A stretch of 64,000 nucleotides of DNA from Clostridia bacterium (GTDB taxonomy: Bacteria; Bacillota; Clostridia; Christensenellales; Christensenellaceae). A program made the translations under genes and the position numbers. Below, piece after piece: positions 9,471 through 18,923 of the stretch. The stretch is taken from the NCBI GenBank assembly GCA_017531505.1, contig JAFXKX010000010.1, positions 63,568 to 127,567 on the forward strand. The letters run 5' to 3'. Under the pieces are notes generated by a model. The model saw only the letters and a program-made list of their open reading frames with translations, was not told where the DNA came from and did not search any database. Positions within the stretch are counted from its first letter, which is position 1, and each line of letters begins with the position of its first letter.

Positions 9471-9878
9471 ATGGATCTGCAAACTTATAAAACACACTTT
9501 CAACAAAATGATGCTTTCAGCAATGCAATGGGTATCTGTGTAGCCGACATCAGTACCTCCCATGCAGAAGTTGTATTGGATATGACAGATGCTCATCGCA
9601 ATTACATGGGGATGCTGCACGGCGGGGTGATCTTTACCATGGCCGATATTGCAGCAGGGTTATGTGTCGCAGCCAACGGCATCCATTGCGTAACCTTGAA
9701 TTCTTCCATCAATTATCTGCAAAGTGCGCATCAGGGAAAGATCACCGCCCGGGCGGAGATCGCGCGTCGCGGCCGCAGAGTCAGCGTATGCGATGTACGC
9801 GTCACTTCGGATGACGATATTCTGTTGGCTACCGTCTCTTTTACCATGTATTCTTCCGGTAAGGAGATCGAATTCTGA
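9471..9878 (+). CDS. PaaI family hot-dog thioesterase
   Basis: NYMGMLHGGVIFTMADIA motif. Confidence 0.9.
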   Translation: MDLQTYKTHFQQNDAFSNAMGICVADISTSHAEVVLDMTDAHRNYMGMLHGGVIFTMADIAAGLCVAANGIHCVTLNSSINYLQSAHQGKITARAEIARRGRRVSVCDVRVTSDDDILLATVSFTMYSSGKEIEF

Positions 9879-9981
9879 CAGCAAGTACAAAATGTAAACT
9901 TTTTGGAGCGAGCCTATACAAGTTTTTTATTTTCCCGTATAATTATAGTGTATTGTAATTTTTACAGGACAAGAAAGAAGT

Positions 9982-11553
9982 ATGAAAAAGATTTTTAATA
10001 CCATTATCGGCGCCATTGTCGGCGCATTTGACTATGTCAAATCTTATTATCGGGGGTTGGGCAAGCACCGGCTGTTATATGCGTTGGTTGCTGCGATGTT
10101 GCTCATTATGACGCCTTTTTCCGTTGCATTGTGCGTCCCCTTCCAATCTGCCTCTGCCGCAACAGAGCAAACACTGCACATCAACAGCACCGGTGTATTA
10201 TCCGCTGCAGAAGTAGAAGCTTCCGAGCCTGTCAAAGTATATTCTGCAGAGCCCGGCTATACGGGTGATGTTGTCATCGATATGCAGTCCCGTCTGATGG
10301 AACTGTTCTATCTGGGCGAAGATGAACCCTCCAATTATTACGGTGATGAGACCACCGAAGCCATCAAGCGCTTCCAGCGCAGACACGGGCTGGAGATGAC
10401 CGGTGTTGCCGACTATCTCACCTTCGACCTGCTGTTCTCCGAAGAAGCCAAGGCTTATGCCGTATCCGAAGGTGCAGAGGGCGATGACGTCATGGAACTT
10501 CAGCTGCGTCTGGTAGAGTTGGGTTATCTCAATGTAGCAAACGGCGTATTCGATGGCGCCACGACCGCTTCCGTCAAGAAGTTTCAGCAGCGTAATCAGC
10601 TGACTGCCGACGGAACCATTGGTCAAGCTACCCGTGAAAAACTGTATTCCGAAGACGTTCATGCTTATGCATATTATGTAGGCGAGGAAGGTGCCGAGAT
10701 CCTTTCTCTGCAGCAGCGTTTGTATGCGCTCGGCTACCTGACCACCACCCCTGACGGCAAGTACGGCGGCGATACCGTCAGCGCAGTCAAGCGTTTCCAA
10801 GAACGCCACGGTCTGATCTCTGACGGCTATCTGGGTACTGCTACCAAAGAATTGCTGATGTCCGAAGAGGCACAGGCCAACAGCATCGGTCTCGGAGATA
10901 ACGGCAGTGACGTTACCCGCATTCAGGAGCGTCTGGTCGCCCTTGGCTATATGCGTAGTGCAACCGGTTACTTTGGCGAAAGCACGGTATCCGCTCTCAA
11001 AGCATTCCAGAAGCGCAACGGTCTGTCTGCGGACGGTAAGTTCGGTGCTGCCACCCGCGATAAACTGTTCTCCAGTTCCGCAAAGAAAGCAGCAAAACCC
11101 GCAAGCGGCGGCAGTAGTAGCAGCAGTAAACCCAGCGGCGGCGGTTCTTCCTCCGGCGGCGGTGGCGGCGATTATGTATACACCGGTTCCGGCAGTGTAT
11201 CTGCCCTCATTGCGGCAGCAGAATCCCGTCTGGGCTGCAAGTATGTACTGGGTGCAAAGGGTCCCAATAGGTTTGACTGTTCCGGTCTTGTTTATTGGTG
11301 TCTCAACAATGCCGGTGTAAAGCAGGGTTATATGACCTCCTCCACCTGGCGCAGCTGCACTAAGTATAAGCGCATCAACAACCGCGGTGATGTAAAAGCC
11401 GGTGACATTCTGGTATTCAAGGGCCACGTTGGTATCGCCGTCAGCAACGGTATGATGATCGACGCATCCACCAGTAAAGGCAAGGTCGTAAAACGCTCTT
11501 CCTACGGCTCTTACTGGGATCCCAGATTCATCTGTGCTTACAGAATCTTCTAA
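9982..11553 (+). CDS. cell wall endopeptidase: four peptidoglycan-binding repeats, Ser/Gly linker and NlpC/P60 domain
   Basis: Repeated LQxRLxxLGY...T..AVKxFQxRxGLxxDG units; C-terminal FDCSGL...HVG; N-terminal hydrophobic anchor. Confidence 0.92.
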   Translation: MKKIFNTIIGAIVGAFDYVKSYYRGLGKHRLLYALVAAMLLIMTPFSVALCVPFQSASAATEQTLHINSTGVLSAAEVEASEPVKVYSAEPGYTGDVVIDMQSRLMELFYLGEDEPSNYYGDETTEAIKRFQRRHGLEMTGVADYLTFDLLFSEEAKAYAVSEGAEGDDVMELQLRLVELGYLNVANGVFDGATTASVKKFQQRNQLTADGTIGQATREKLYSEDVHAYAYYVGEEGAEILSLQQRLYALGYLTTTPDGKYGGDTVSAVKRFQERHGLISDGYLGTATKELLMSEEAQANSIGLGDNGSDVTRIQERLVALGYMRSATGYFGESTVSALKAFQKRNGLSADGKFGAATRDKLFSSSAKKAAKPASGGSSSSSKPSGGGSSSGGGGGDYVYTGSGSVSALIAAAESRLGCKYVLGAKGPNRFDCSGLVYWCLNNAGVKQGYMTSSTWRSCTKYKRINNRGDVKAGDILVFKGHVGIAVSNGMMIDASTSKGKVVKRSSYGSYWDPRFICAYRIF

Positions 11554-11563
11554 ACCCACAAAT

Positions 11564-11593
11564 AAAGGCAGCCCGTTTTAGCGCTGCCTTTTT
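11564..11593 (+). terminator. intrinsic terminator
   Basis: AAAGGCAGC/GCTGCCTTT stem plus T tract. Confidence 0.7.
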
Positions 11594-11634
11594 CGTTTAT
11601 ACTTTTGTTAACAAACTCTGATGGAGGAAATACC

Positions 11635-12225
11635 ATGTTGGATAAAAGCGTACCCTATCTCAATATTTTGATGTGCCGTCCTGCAGGCACCAAAAATCTG
11701 CACTACGAACTTCCCGAAGGCTTCTCTTTTGCCATGTATCAGCCCGGCGATGAAAGAGAGTGGGCAAAAATCGAAACTTCCGTGCTGGAATTCCCCACAA
11801 GTGCAGATGCGCTCCTTAAATTTCAGGATCACTTCATGGGGCTCTCCGGCGAATTGCCCCGTCGCTGCTTGTTTATACAAAATGCAGAAGGCGAAAAGAT
11901 CGCTACCGCCACCATCTGGTGGGAATATTCCGGCAAGCGCAGAGACCCGTGGGTAACCTATGTTGCTGTCCGTCCCGAATATCAGGGAAAGGGTCTCAGC
12001 AATGCACTGCTTTCCCGTTTGCTGGAACTGGGTCTTGAAATCGAGGGAGACCGCAATTTCTACCTGCATACCCAGACATGGAGCCATCGCGCCGTAAAAC
12101 TGTACCAGAAATTCGGCTTTGCTATTACCAAAGAGCCCAATCTCTACAAATACAAAAATGATCAGTACGAGGAAGCCGCTGCTCTGTTGGAAGAGATCTA
12201 TAAAACTTATCCTAAACGCAGATAA
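11635..12225 (+). CDS. GNAT family N-acetyltransferase
   Basis: VAVRPEYQGKGL acetyl-CoA motif and AVKLYQKFGF; GGAGG RBS before ATG 11635. Confidence 0.88.
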   Translation: MLDKSVPYLNILMCRPAGTKNLHYELPEGFSFAMYQPGDEREWAKIETSVLEFPTSADALLKFQDHFMGLSGELPRRCLFIQNAEGEKIATATIWWEYSGKRRDPWVTYVAVRPEYQGKGLSNALLSRLLELGLEIEGDRNFYLHTQTWSHRAVKLYQKFGFAITKEPNLYKYKNDQYEEAAALLEEIYKTYPKRR

Positions 12226-12325
12226 CTATTGTTGCATTGTTTTAAATTTGTTATAATGAGGTTGTCGACCAAGTGTCGGCAGCCTTTTATTTTGTATTTT
12301 TATCCGAAAGGAAAGAGGTAAATTT

Positions 12326-13204
12326 ATGTTAGTATCCATGAAGGCGATCCTCGATCGTGCAAGCAAAGAAAACTACGGCGTAGCAGCTCCCAATGTATGT
12401 AGCGAGCTGGATGCCAGAGCTGTCATCTCCATCGCAGAAGAACTGCGTGCGCCCATCATTCTGGACGTTGCCCACGGTGCTACCCCCGATATCAAATTTT
12501 TGGGCAGCTATCTGACCATTCTGGCAGACAAGGCAAATGTACCGGTAGCAATTAACCTGGACCACGGTGCAACCTACGAGCACGCTATCGATGCGATCGC
12601 AGCAGGTTTCACCTCCATCATGGTAGACCGTTCTAGCCTGCCCTATGAAGAAAACGTTGCTCAGGTAAAAGAGCTGGTAAAGGTAGCACATGCTACCGGC
12701 GTCAGCGTAGAAGCAGAACTCGGCCATGTAGGTCAGGGCGACAACTATGCTATAGATGGCAAGCAGGCATTGACCGATCCTGAAGAAGCAAAGAAATATA
12801 TCGAAGAGACTGGAATCGATATGCTGACAGTTGCAATAGGTACCGCACACGGTGAATACGTAGGCACTCCTCACATCGATTTCGATCGTCTGGCAGCCAT
12901 CAAGGCAGCAGTCGGTCAGGATTTCCCGTTGGTACTCCACGGCGGTTCCGGTTCCGGCGACGAAAATCTGGCAAAGGCCTGCACCATGGGTATCAACAAG
13001 GTAAATATCTACACCGACCTGGCAAAGGCAGCTGTTAAGAAAGTGAAAGAAATGCCCAAGCCCGGTATGATCTGGCCCGCAATCATCGCAGGTATCAAAG
13101 AACAGATCGGTTACTACATCACTCTGTTCGGCAGCGAAGGCAAGGCATGGATCCCCGAGAACAAGGGTATCTCCGGCGTTGAGATCGACCTGATCGAAAA
13201 GTAA
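12326..13204 (+). CDS. fba: class II fructose/tagatose-bisphosphate aldolase
   Basis: LDHG, VEAELGHVG, AIGTAHG, LVLHGGSG and KVNI motifs; exact substrate not resolved. Confidence 0.85.
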   Translation: MLVSMKAILDRASKENYGVAAPNVCSELDARAVISIAEELRAPIILDVAHGATPDIKFLGSYLTILADKANVPVAINLDHGATYEHAIDAIAAGFTSIMVDRSSLPYEENVAQVKELVKVAHATGVSVEAELGHVGQGDNYAIDGKQALTDPEEAKKYIEETGIDMLTVAIGTAHGEYVGTPHIDFDRLAAIKAAVGQDFPLVLHGGSGSGDENLAKACTMGINKVNIYTDLAKAAVKKVKEMPKPGMIWPAIIAGIKEQIGYYITLFGSEGKAWIPENKGISGVEIDLIEK

Positions 13205-13208
13205 GCTC

Positions 13209-13241
13209 AAAAAGAGGAAGCAAATCGCTTCCTCTTTTTTT
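13209..13241 (+). terminator. intrinsic terminator after fba
   Basis: AAAAAGAGGAAGC/GCTTCCTCTTTTT stem. Confidence 0.8.
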
Positions 13242-13393
13242 GTGTTTGGTTTAACTTGTCATTTTACTTGGCATAGGGTAAAATGTAATTGGTGATATTT
13301 GCACATTTTATACATAGGCACCATACACTTGTTTTCCGGCCGCCGGTCATTGGCCACGGCTTGAAATAAATCTTGCAGATAAAGGAATTAGAC

Positions 13394-14539
13394 ATGGAAA
13401 ATTTTCTCACGAATCTCGGAACATTGTTTTCCAATGTAACCGAAATCACCTGGCAAATGGTAGTTATGTGGATCATCGGCGGCGTGCTCATCTATCTTGC
13501 AATCAAGAAAGAGATGGAGCCCTCTCTGTTGCTCCCCATGGGCTTTGGTGTTATTCTGGTAAACCTGCCCTTCTCCGGCGCAATTACGCAGGGTGCAGAG
13601 GAAGGTGCGCTGAGCGTACTGTTTGATGCAGGTATCGCCAACGAATTGTTCCCGTTGATCCTGTTCATCGGTATCGGTGCAATGATCGACTTTGGTCCGC
13701 TGCTCTCCAACCCCAAGATGCTGTTGTTCGGCGGTGCTGCACAGTTTGGTATCTTCTTTGCGCTGAGCATGGCAAGTCTGCTGGGCTTTGAACTGAAAGA
13801 TGCTGCTTCCATCGGTATCATTGGTGCTGCAGACGGTCCTACTTCTATTTTTGTAGCGAACTTCTTCCATTCCAATTATACGGCTGCTATCACCGTTGCT
13901 GCATATTCTTATATGGCACTGGTACCCATGGTACAGCCCCCGATCATCAAGATGATCACTACCAAAAAGGAACGTATGATCCGCATGAAGTACGAACCCA
14001 AGGATATCTCCCCCGCTGTTCGCATTCTGTTCCCCATTCTGGTTACTGTGATCGCAGGTCTGGTTGCTCCCAAATCCGTATCTCTGATCGGCTTCCTGAT
14101 GTTTGGTAATCTGATCCGTGAGTGCGGCGTATTGCGCTCCCTCTCCGAGACTGCTCAGAATGTATTGGCAAACCTGATCACCATCTTCCTTGGCATTACC
14201 GTTGCTGTCAACATGACTGCTGCGACCTTCCTCAAGTGGGAAACCATCCTCATCTTTGTACTGGGTCTGGTAGCATTCATCTTCGATACCATCGGCGGCG
14301 TTATGTTCGCAAAACTGATCAATCTGTTCACCAAGAACAAGATCAACCCCATGATCGGTGCTGCAGGTATCTCTGCATTCCCCATGGCTTCCCGTGTTGT
14401 TCATAAGATGGGCAGAGAGGAAGACCCCAACAACTTCCTGCTCATGCACGCAGCAGGTGCAAACGTTGCAGGTCAGGTCGGCTCTGTTATTGCAGGCGGT
14501 CTGGTTATGACTCTGGTCAGCGCTATGCTGGGTATGTAA
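13394..14539 (+). CDS. oadB: sodium ion-translocating decarboxylase beta subunit (OadB-like)
   Basis: EPSLLLPMGFG, IGIIGAADGPTSI and GISAFPMASR; polytopic membrane protein. Confidence 0.92.
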   Translation: MENFLTNLGTLFSNVTEITWQMVVMWIIGGVLIYLAIKKEMEPSLLLPMGFGVILVNLPFSGAITQGAEEGALSVLFDAGIANELFPLILFIGIGAMIDFGPLLSNPKMLLFGGAAQFGIFFALSMASLLGFELKDAASIGIIGAADGPTSIFVANFFHSNYTAAITVAAYSYMALVPMVQPPIIKMITTKKERMIRMKYEPKDISPAVRILFPILVTVIAGLVAPKSVSLIGFLMFGNLIRECGVLRSLSETAQNVLANLITIFLGITVAVNMTAATFLKWETILIFVLGLVAFIFDTIGGVMFAKLINLFTKNKINPMIGAAGISAFPMASRVVHKMGREEDPNNFLLMHAAGANVAGQVGSVIAGGLVMTLVSAMLGM

Positions 14540-14555
14540 CGAAGGAGGTAATACT

Positions 14556-14699
14556 ATGGCAATCAATGTAGCTGCATTTTTGGATTCCCTGAGCCTGATG
14601 GTATCCGGCATGGTTGGTATCTTCGTTGTTATGATGATCATCTATGGTCTGATTATCGGCCTTGGTGCTGCTTTCTCCAAAAAGAAAAAGAAGAGTTGA
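14556..14699 (+). CDS. OadG-related small membrane subunit (47 aa, below the ORF-track cutoff)
   Basis: AAGGAGG RBS; MAINVAAFLDSLSLMVSGMVGIFVVMMIIYGLIIGLGAAFSKKKKKS has one TM helix with the GMxxxF motif and a Lys tail. Confidence 0.8.
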   Translation: MAINVAAFLDSLSLMVSGMVGIFVVMMIIYGLIIGLGAAFSKKKKKS

Positions 14700-14710
14700 G
14701 TTTCTTCTGA

Positions 14711-14750
14711 AATAAAAAACGCGTATCCTACAGGATACGCGTTTTTTATT
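14711..14750. terminator. bidirectional terminator
   Basis: AATAAAAAACGCGTATCCT/AGGATACGCGTTTTTTATT perfect inverted repeat between convergent genes. Confidence 0.85.
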
Positions 14751-14757
14751 GTATGGC

Positions 14758-15657
14758 TTATTCTTTCTCTTGAGTTTTTTTATCCGGCAGCTGCGCCAAT
14801 ATGATCGCACCAAACATCAGGATACAACCGGCAGCTTCCCGAACAGAGGGAATCTGCTTCAGCAAAATGATACCTGCCAATACCGCAAATACCGATTCCA
14901 GACTCATGAGCAGCGATGCGATCGCCGGCTTGGTGTATTTCTGCCCCAACACCTGCAGCGTATAGCCTACGCCGCTGGACAGCACACCACCATATACCAG
15001 CGGCAGCCATGCTTGCATAATGCCGGAAATCTCCACCTGTTCGCCCATCACCATGGGCACTGCAGAGAATACTGCACAGAACAAAAACTGCAGACAGGAC
15101 AACTTCAGTCCGTCTACTCTTGCCGCAAAATAATCTACTGCCAGGATGTGGAACGAAAATCCTGCTGCGCAAAGTGCCACATACGTATCCCCCACAGATA
15201 ACGAAAACCCGTCCTGCATACACAAAAGATACAATCCTGCCACCGCAATACCGATCGCGATCCAAACCTTTGCAGCCACTTTCTTTTTCATAAAAATGCC
15301 CAGCAACGGCACAAAGAGAATATACAATGCTGTAATAAAGCCTGCTTTGCCTACCGTTGTGTATTGAATGCCCAGCTGCTGCAATCCGCTGCTCAATGCC
15401 AGCAATCCGCCGCAGACAAGGCCGCCAAGCCACAGCATTTTTGCATTTTCCCGATAGGGAAGCCCTTCTTTTTTCTTGGCAAGATTTCCTTTCACAATAA
15501 ACGGGACCAATACCAGCGCCCCCAATACCGAACGCACCACCTGAAAAGTAAAGGGTCCTATATACTTCATCCCTTCGCTCTGTGCAACAAATGCACTGCC
15601 CCAAATGATCGCCGTGATCAGCAGCAACAGATTTCCGCGCATTTCCTTCGACTTCAT
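14758..15657 (-). CDS. DMT/EamA family transporter
   Basis: IWGSAFVAQ, KAGFITALY and LMSLESVFA; about 10 TM segments. Confidence 0.9.
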   Translation of the reverse strand: MKSKEMRGNLLLLITAIIWGSAFVAQSEGMKYIGPFTFQVVRSVLGALVLVPFIVKGNLAKKKEGLPYRENAKMLWLGGLVCGGLLALSSGLQQLGIQYTTVGKAGFITALYILFVPLLGIFMKKKVAAKVWIAIGIAVAGLYLLCMQDGFSLSVGDTYVALCAAGFSFHILAVDYFAARVDGLKLSCLQFLFCAVFSAVPMVMGEQVEISGIMQAWLPLVYGGVLSSGVGYTLQVLGQKYTKPAIASLLMSLESVFAVLAGIILLKQIPSVREAAGCILMFGAIILAQLPDKKTQEKE

Positions 15658-15802
15658 AACGTTTCTCCTTAAAACTCCATATCGGCCATCATTATATCAA
15701 ACGGAGTCTTTCCTTGCAACTTTTGCTTTACAGATTTCTCTGTCACTTATACAATAAAACTGATCTTTGCTTTATGCATTCTGTTCAAAAGGATTTTTAT
15801 AT

Positions 15803-17131
15803 ATGAAACATAAATTGATAGCCCTGAAAGAAATGCGGCCGTATTTGCTGCTTTGGTTTACCCAGTTGATCTCCACTCTGGGCAGCGCAATGACCTCCTA
15901 TGCCCTTGTTCTTTGGTCTTATGGGCAGTCCGGATCCGCCTTACAGACCGCCTTATTAATGGTGTGTTCCTATGCCCCCTATGTACTGTGCAGTGTCTTT
16001 GCCGGTGCACTGAGTGACCGCTGGAACCCAAAACACACCATGCTTATTTGCGATGCTTTGACTGCGGCTTGTACACTTACGATCCTGTTATTATTAAAGA
16101 CCGGAAATCTGCAAACCTGGCATCTATACCTTGTCAATGCATTTTCCGGATTGACCAATACGCTGCAGCAGCCTGCATCCGAAGTGGCCACAACAGCGCT
16201 GCTTCCCCGTAAATATTACCAAAAGGTCGGCGGGCTCAAGTATCTTAGCAATGCGCTCAACTCCGTGATGACACCCGTTATTACCACTGCCATATTCGGC
16301 TTCTGGGGGTTGGATTCCGTAATCCTGCTGGACCTTATCAGCTTTGCAATTGCTTTTTTGGTACTGCTGTGCTTTATTACGATCCCCAGGACAGCGTCGC
16401 AGCAATCCAAAGAATCTATGGGCGACAGTATCCGTACCGGTATTCATTGGCTTCGCAGCAATCGGGGGATCCTGCACTTGATGCTGTTTCTCGCCGGTAT
16501 CAACTTAGTCGCCTCTATGTACAACGCCGCTTTACCGGCACTATTGCTCAATAAAGCAGATGAGACTGCCTTGAGTATTGTCAATGCTATGTCGGGCTTT
16601 ACCATGCTGGCAGGCAGTTTGCTGAGTTCCTTCCTGCCCGCTCCCAAAAATCGAGTCAAGGCCATCTGGGGATGCCTGATGCTGTCTATGTGTACAGAAA
16701 ACTTTCTGCTGGCTTTTGGTAATCATCTCTGGCTCTGGTGTATCGGGGTATTTTTCGGATGGATCGCCATTCCCTGGATGAGCGCCAATCTGGAAACCGT
16801 CTATCGGCTGAACATCCCCTCACATTTACAGGGGCGTGTGTTCGCTGCCCGCAACTCCTTCCAGTTTTTCACCATTCCCATCGGTTACTTTTTAGGCGGA
16901 TTCCTGACAGATAATGTATTTGAACCGGTGATGGCAGCACAATCCTCACAAAGCATTCTGACTCGTCTGTTTGGCACAGACAAAGGCAGCGGTGCCGCCT
17001 TTCTCTTTGCTGTACTATGGCTGACAGGCATTGCTGTATGTCTTATTTTCCGCGCAGACAAACACATCCGCCGCTTGCCGCAGCATACAGAGCCAAATAC
17101 CGCACATAACGAAAAAGAGAAGAGTTTATAA
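15803..17131 (+). CDS. MFS transporter (H+ antiporter / Mef-like family)
   Basis: AGALSDRW motif A and LQGRVFA; about 12 TM segments. Confidence 0.85.
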   Translation: MKHKLIALKEMRPYLLLWFTQLISTLGSAMTSYALVLWSYGQSGSALQTALLMVCSYAPYVLCSVFAGALSDRWNPKHTMLICDALTAACTLTILLLLKTGNLQTWHLYLVNAFSGLTNTLQQPASEVATTALLPRKYYQKVGGLKYLSNALNSVMTPVITTAIFGFWGLDSVILLDLISFAIAFLVLLCFITIPRTASQQSKESMGDSIRTGIHWLRSNRGILHLMLFLAGINLVASMYNAALPALLLNKADETALSIVNAMSGFTMLAGSLLSSFLPAPKNRVKAIWGCLMLSMCTENFLLAFGNHLWLWCIGVFFGWIAIPWMSANLETVYRLNIPSHLQGRVFAARNSFQFFTIPIGYFLGGFLTDNVFEPVMAAQSSQSILTRLFGTDKGSGAAFLFAVLWLTGIAVCLIFRADKHIRRLPQHTEPNTAHNEKEKSL

Positions 17132-17162
17132 CAAACTCTTCTCTTTTTATTATACTTTCTGT

Positions 17163-17891
17163 TTATTTGCAATCATTTACAAAGCTCTGAAACAAACCCA
17201 AAAATTCGGGATATGCTTCCACCATGTTCTCGGGATGCCACTGTACGCCCCAGATCTTTGCCTGTGCATTTTCAAACGCTTCTGCAATGCCTTCGGGAGA
17301 ACGGCCGGTCACCTCAAAGCCTTCTGCCAGGCGATCAATGGCCTGATGATGGAAAGTATTGACCTGAATCTCATCTTTGCCAAAGATGCCATGTACGCGG
17401 CTTCCGGGGGTCAGCGCCACACTATGCATCGGCTTGCTTCTGTACTGCATATCTCCCACGTGCTTCAGACAGTTTTCAATGGCGCTTGGGATATCCTGTA
17501 TCATATCACCGCCAAGAGCAACATTGATCACCTGCATGCCACGGCAAATACCAAAGATCGGCTTGCCCAGTTCCGCCATTTTGCGAATAAGCGTGATCTC
17601 TGTATGGTCGCGGATGGGGCTCAGTCTGCCCAGTTTTTCATGAGGCTCCTGCCCGTAATATTTGGGATCGACATCCTCACCGCCGGGCACCATTAATCCA
17701 TCCAGCTGTTCTGCATATGCCTCGATCAGTTCGGTCTCCCACATTGCCGGAATGATCACCGGCATACCGCCTGCTTTGATCACACCCAAAACATAATCTC
17801 TGTTGACTGACTGCGGGCTCAGGGGCGGGTTGTTTTCATTGGGATAAAAAGAAGCCGTCACGCCGATCAGCGGTCTCTTTTCCTGCTTCAT
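17163..17891 (-). CDS. gamma-glutamyl-gamma-aminobutyrate hydrolase family (peptidase C26)
   Basis: PGGEDVDP, GICRGMQ, VNTFHHQA and VQWHPE; real start MKQEKRP at 17891. Confidence 0.9.
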   Translation of the reverse strand: MKQEKRPLIGVTASFYPNENNPPLSPQSVNRDYVLGVIKAGGMPVIIPAMWETELIEAYAEQLDGLMVPGGEDVDPKYYGQEPHEKLGRLSPIRDHTEITLIRKMAELGKPIFGICRGMQVINVALGGDMIQDIPSAIENCLKHVGDMQYRSKPMHSVALTPGSRVHGIFGKDEIQVNTFHHQAIDRLAEGFEVTGRSPEGIAEAFENAQAKIWGVQWHPENMVEAYPEFLGLFQSFVNDCK

Positions 17892-17911
17892 TCTGCTGTC
17901 CTCCAATATCG

Positions 17912-18919
17912 TTATGCTCCGGGAAGCTGCTCTTTCGCGACCATCTCGCAGATCAATGCAACTGCACCGTCTACATCTGCCATATCTACCACTTCCGTGG
18001 GGGTATGTACATAACGGCAAGGAATAGAGATACAGCCTGCCAAAATGCCATCCTTTACCTTCTGGATAACAGCCGTATCCGTGCCGCCTGCGCGCAGGAC
18101 TTCTCTCTGATACGGGATCTTTGCCTGCTCTGCACATTCTATCATAAACTTACGTACAGACATCGGAACGATCACAGACGAGTCCATCATCTTGATGGCG
18201 GGGCCATCGCCCAATGCCACGCTCATTGCCGGCATTTTGGGAGTGTCACCTGTCAACGTAACGTCCAGATTGATGTTGAAATCGGGGTCGATGGCATATG
18301 CTGCCGCCGCAGCACCGCGCAGACCCACTTCTTCCTGTACGGTAAATACCGCATATACATCATGCGGAGACTGCAGCGCCATCATGGCTTCTACGATCAC
18401 TGCGCAACATACACGGTTATCCATCGCGCCGGAAGCAATACGGTTGCCCATATCCACCATATTGGTCACATAGACGCACATATCGCCCACCTGTACCTTT
18501 TCTTCTGCCTGCTCTTTGGTGCTGCAGCCGATATCTACATACATATTGGGCAATGCCGCCTGTGCGGAGGCATCTCTGGTCTTGGGTGTTTCAAAATAGA
18601 TCACACCGTGTACGCCGTTGGCAAATGCCACTTCTCTGCCTACGCTGAGAGCGGGCAGGATACCGCCTACATTGGCAATGCGCAAAAAGCCTTTTTCATC
18701 GATATCCACCACAATAAAGCCGATCTGATCCATATGTGCAGACAGCATGATCTTTTTGCCGGATGTACCTTTTTTGCAGCAGATCAGGTTGCCCATCGCA
18801 TCGTTATACACACTGTCGCAATAAGGACGGATGTATTCGGCAATCACGCCGCTTACGATCTCTTCATTGCCTGCAGGGCCAAATGCCTGCAATATATCCT
18901 TCAACATTTCTTTTCTCAT
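17912..18919 (-). CDS. M42 family (TET) aminopeptidase, copy 3
   Basis: AHMDQ, DNR, VQEEVG, GGTD and RYVH. Confidence 0.92.
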   Translation of the reverse strand: MRKEMLKDILQAFGPAGNEEIVSGVIAEYIRPYCDSVYNDAMGNLICCKKGTSGKKIMLSAHMDQIGFIVVDIDEKGFLRIANVGGILPALSVGREVAFANGVHGVIYFETPKTRDASAQAALPNMYVDIGCSTKEQAEEKVQVGDMCVYVTNMVDMGNRIASGAMDNRVCCAVIVEAMMALQSPHDVYAVFTVQEEVGLRGAAAAAYAIDPDFNINLDVTLTGDTPKMPAMSVALGDGPAIKMMDSSVIVPMSVRKFMIECAEQAKIPYQREVLRAGGTDTAVIQKVKDGILAGCISIPCRYVHTPTEVVDMADVDGAVALICEMVAKEQLPGA

Positions 18920-18923
18920 TATA

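Noticed and set aside
10260-11170. Internal repeats and a GGC/AGC-rich tract as a possible CRISPR or VNTR
   Set aside because: Explained by four peptidoglycan-binding domains and a Ser/Gly linker; no repeat-spacer structure and no cas genes
12260-12285. Hairpin GGTTGTCGAC/GTCGGCAGCC upstream of fba as a riboswitch
   Set aside because: A single short stem at the predicted 5' end, most simply a stabilising hairpin; too small for a known aptamer
10198-14641. Long antisense ORFs (10198-11559, 12329-13210, 13388-14641) and similar shadows elsewhere, e.g. 23714-25066 and 62130-63164
   Set aside because: They mirror well-supported genes with strong codon bias and have no RBS or recognisable motifs
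15803-17131. mef(A) macrolide resistance gene
   Set aside because: Only family-level resemblance; no msr(D) partner, leader peptide or mobile context
17892-18137. N-terminal extensions in the ORF track (C26 hydrolase; also GldG-like 32144-32344, ECF sigma 43110-43229, rpmJ 57744-57869)
   Set aside because: They overlap upstream genes or promoter regions; downstream ATGs with RBSs give family-typical lengths
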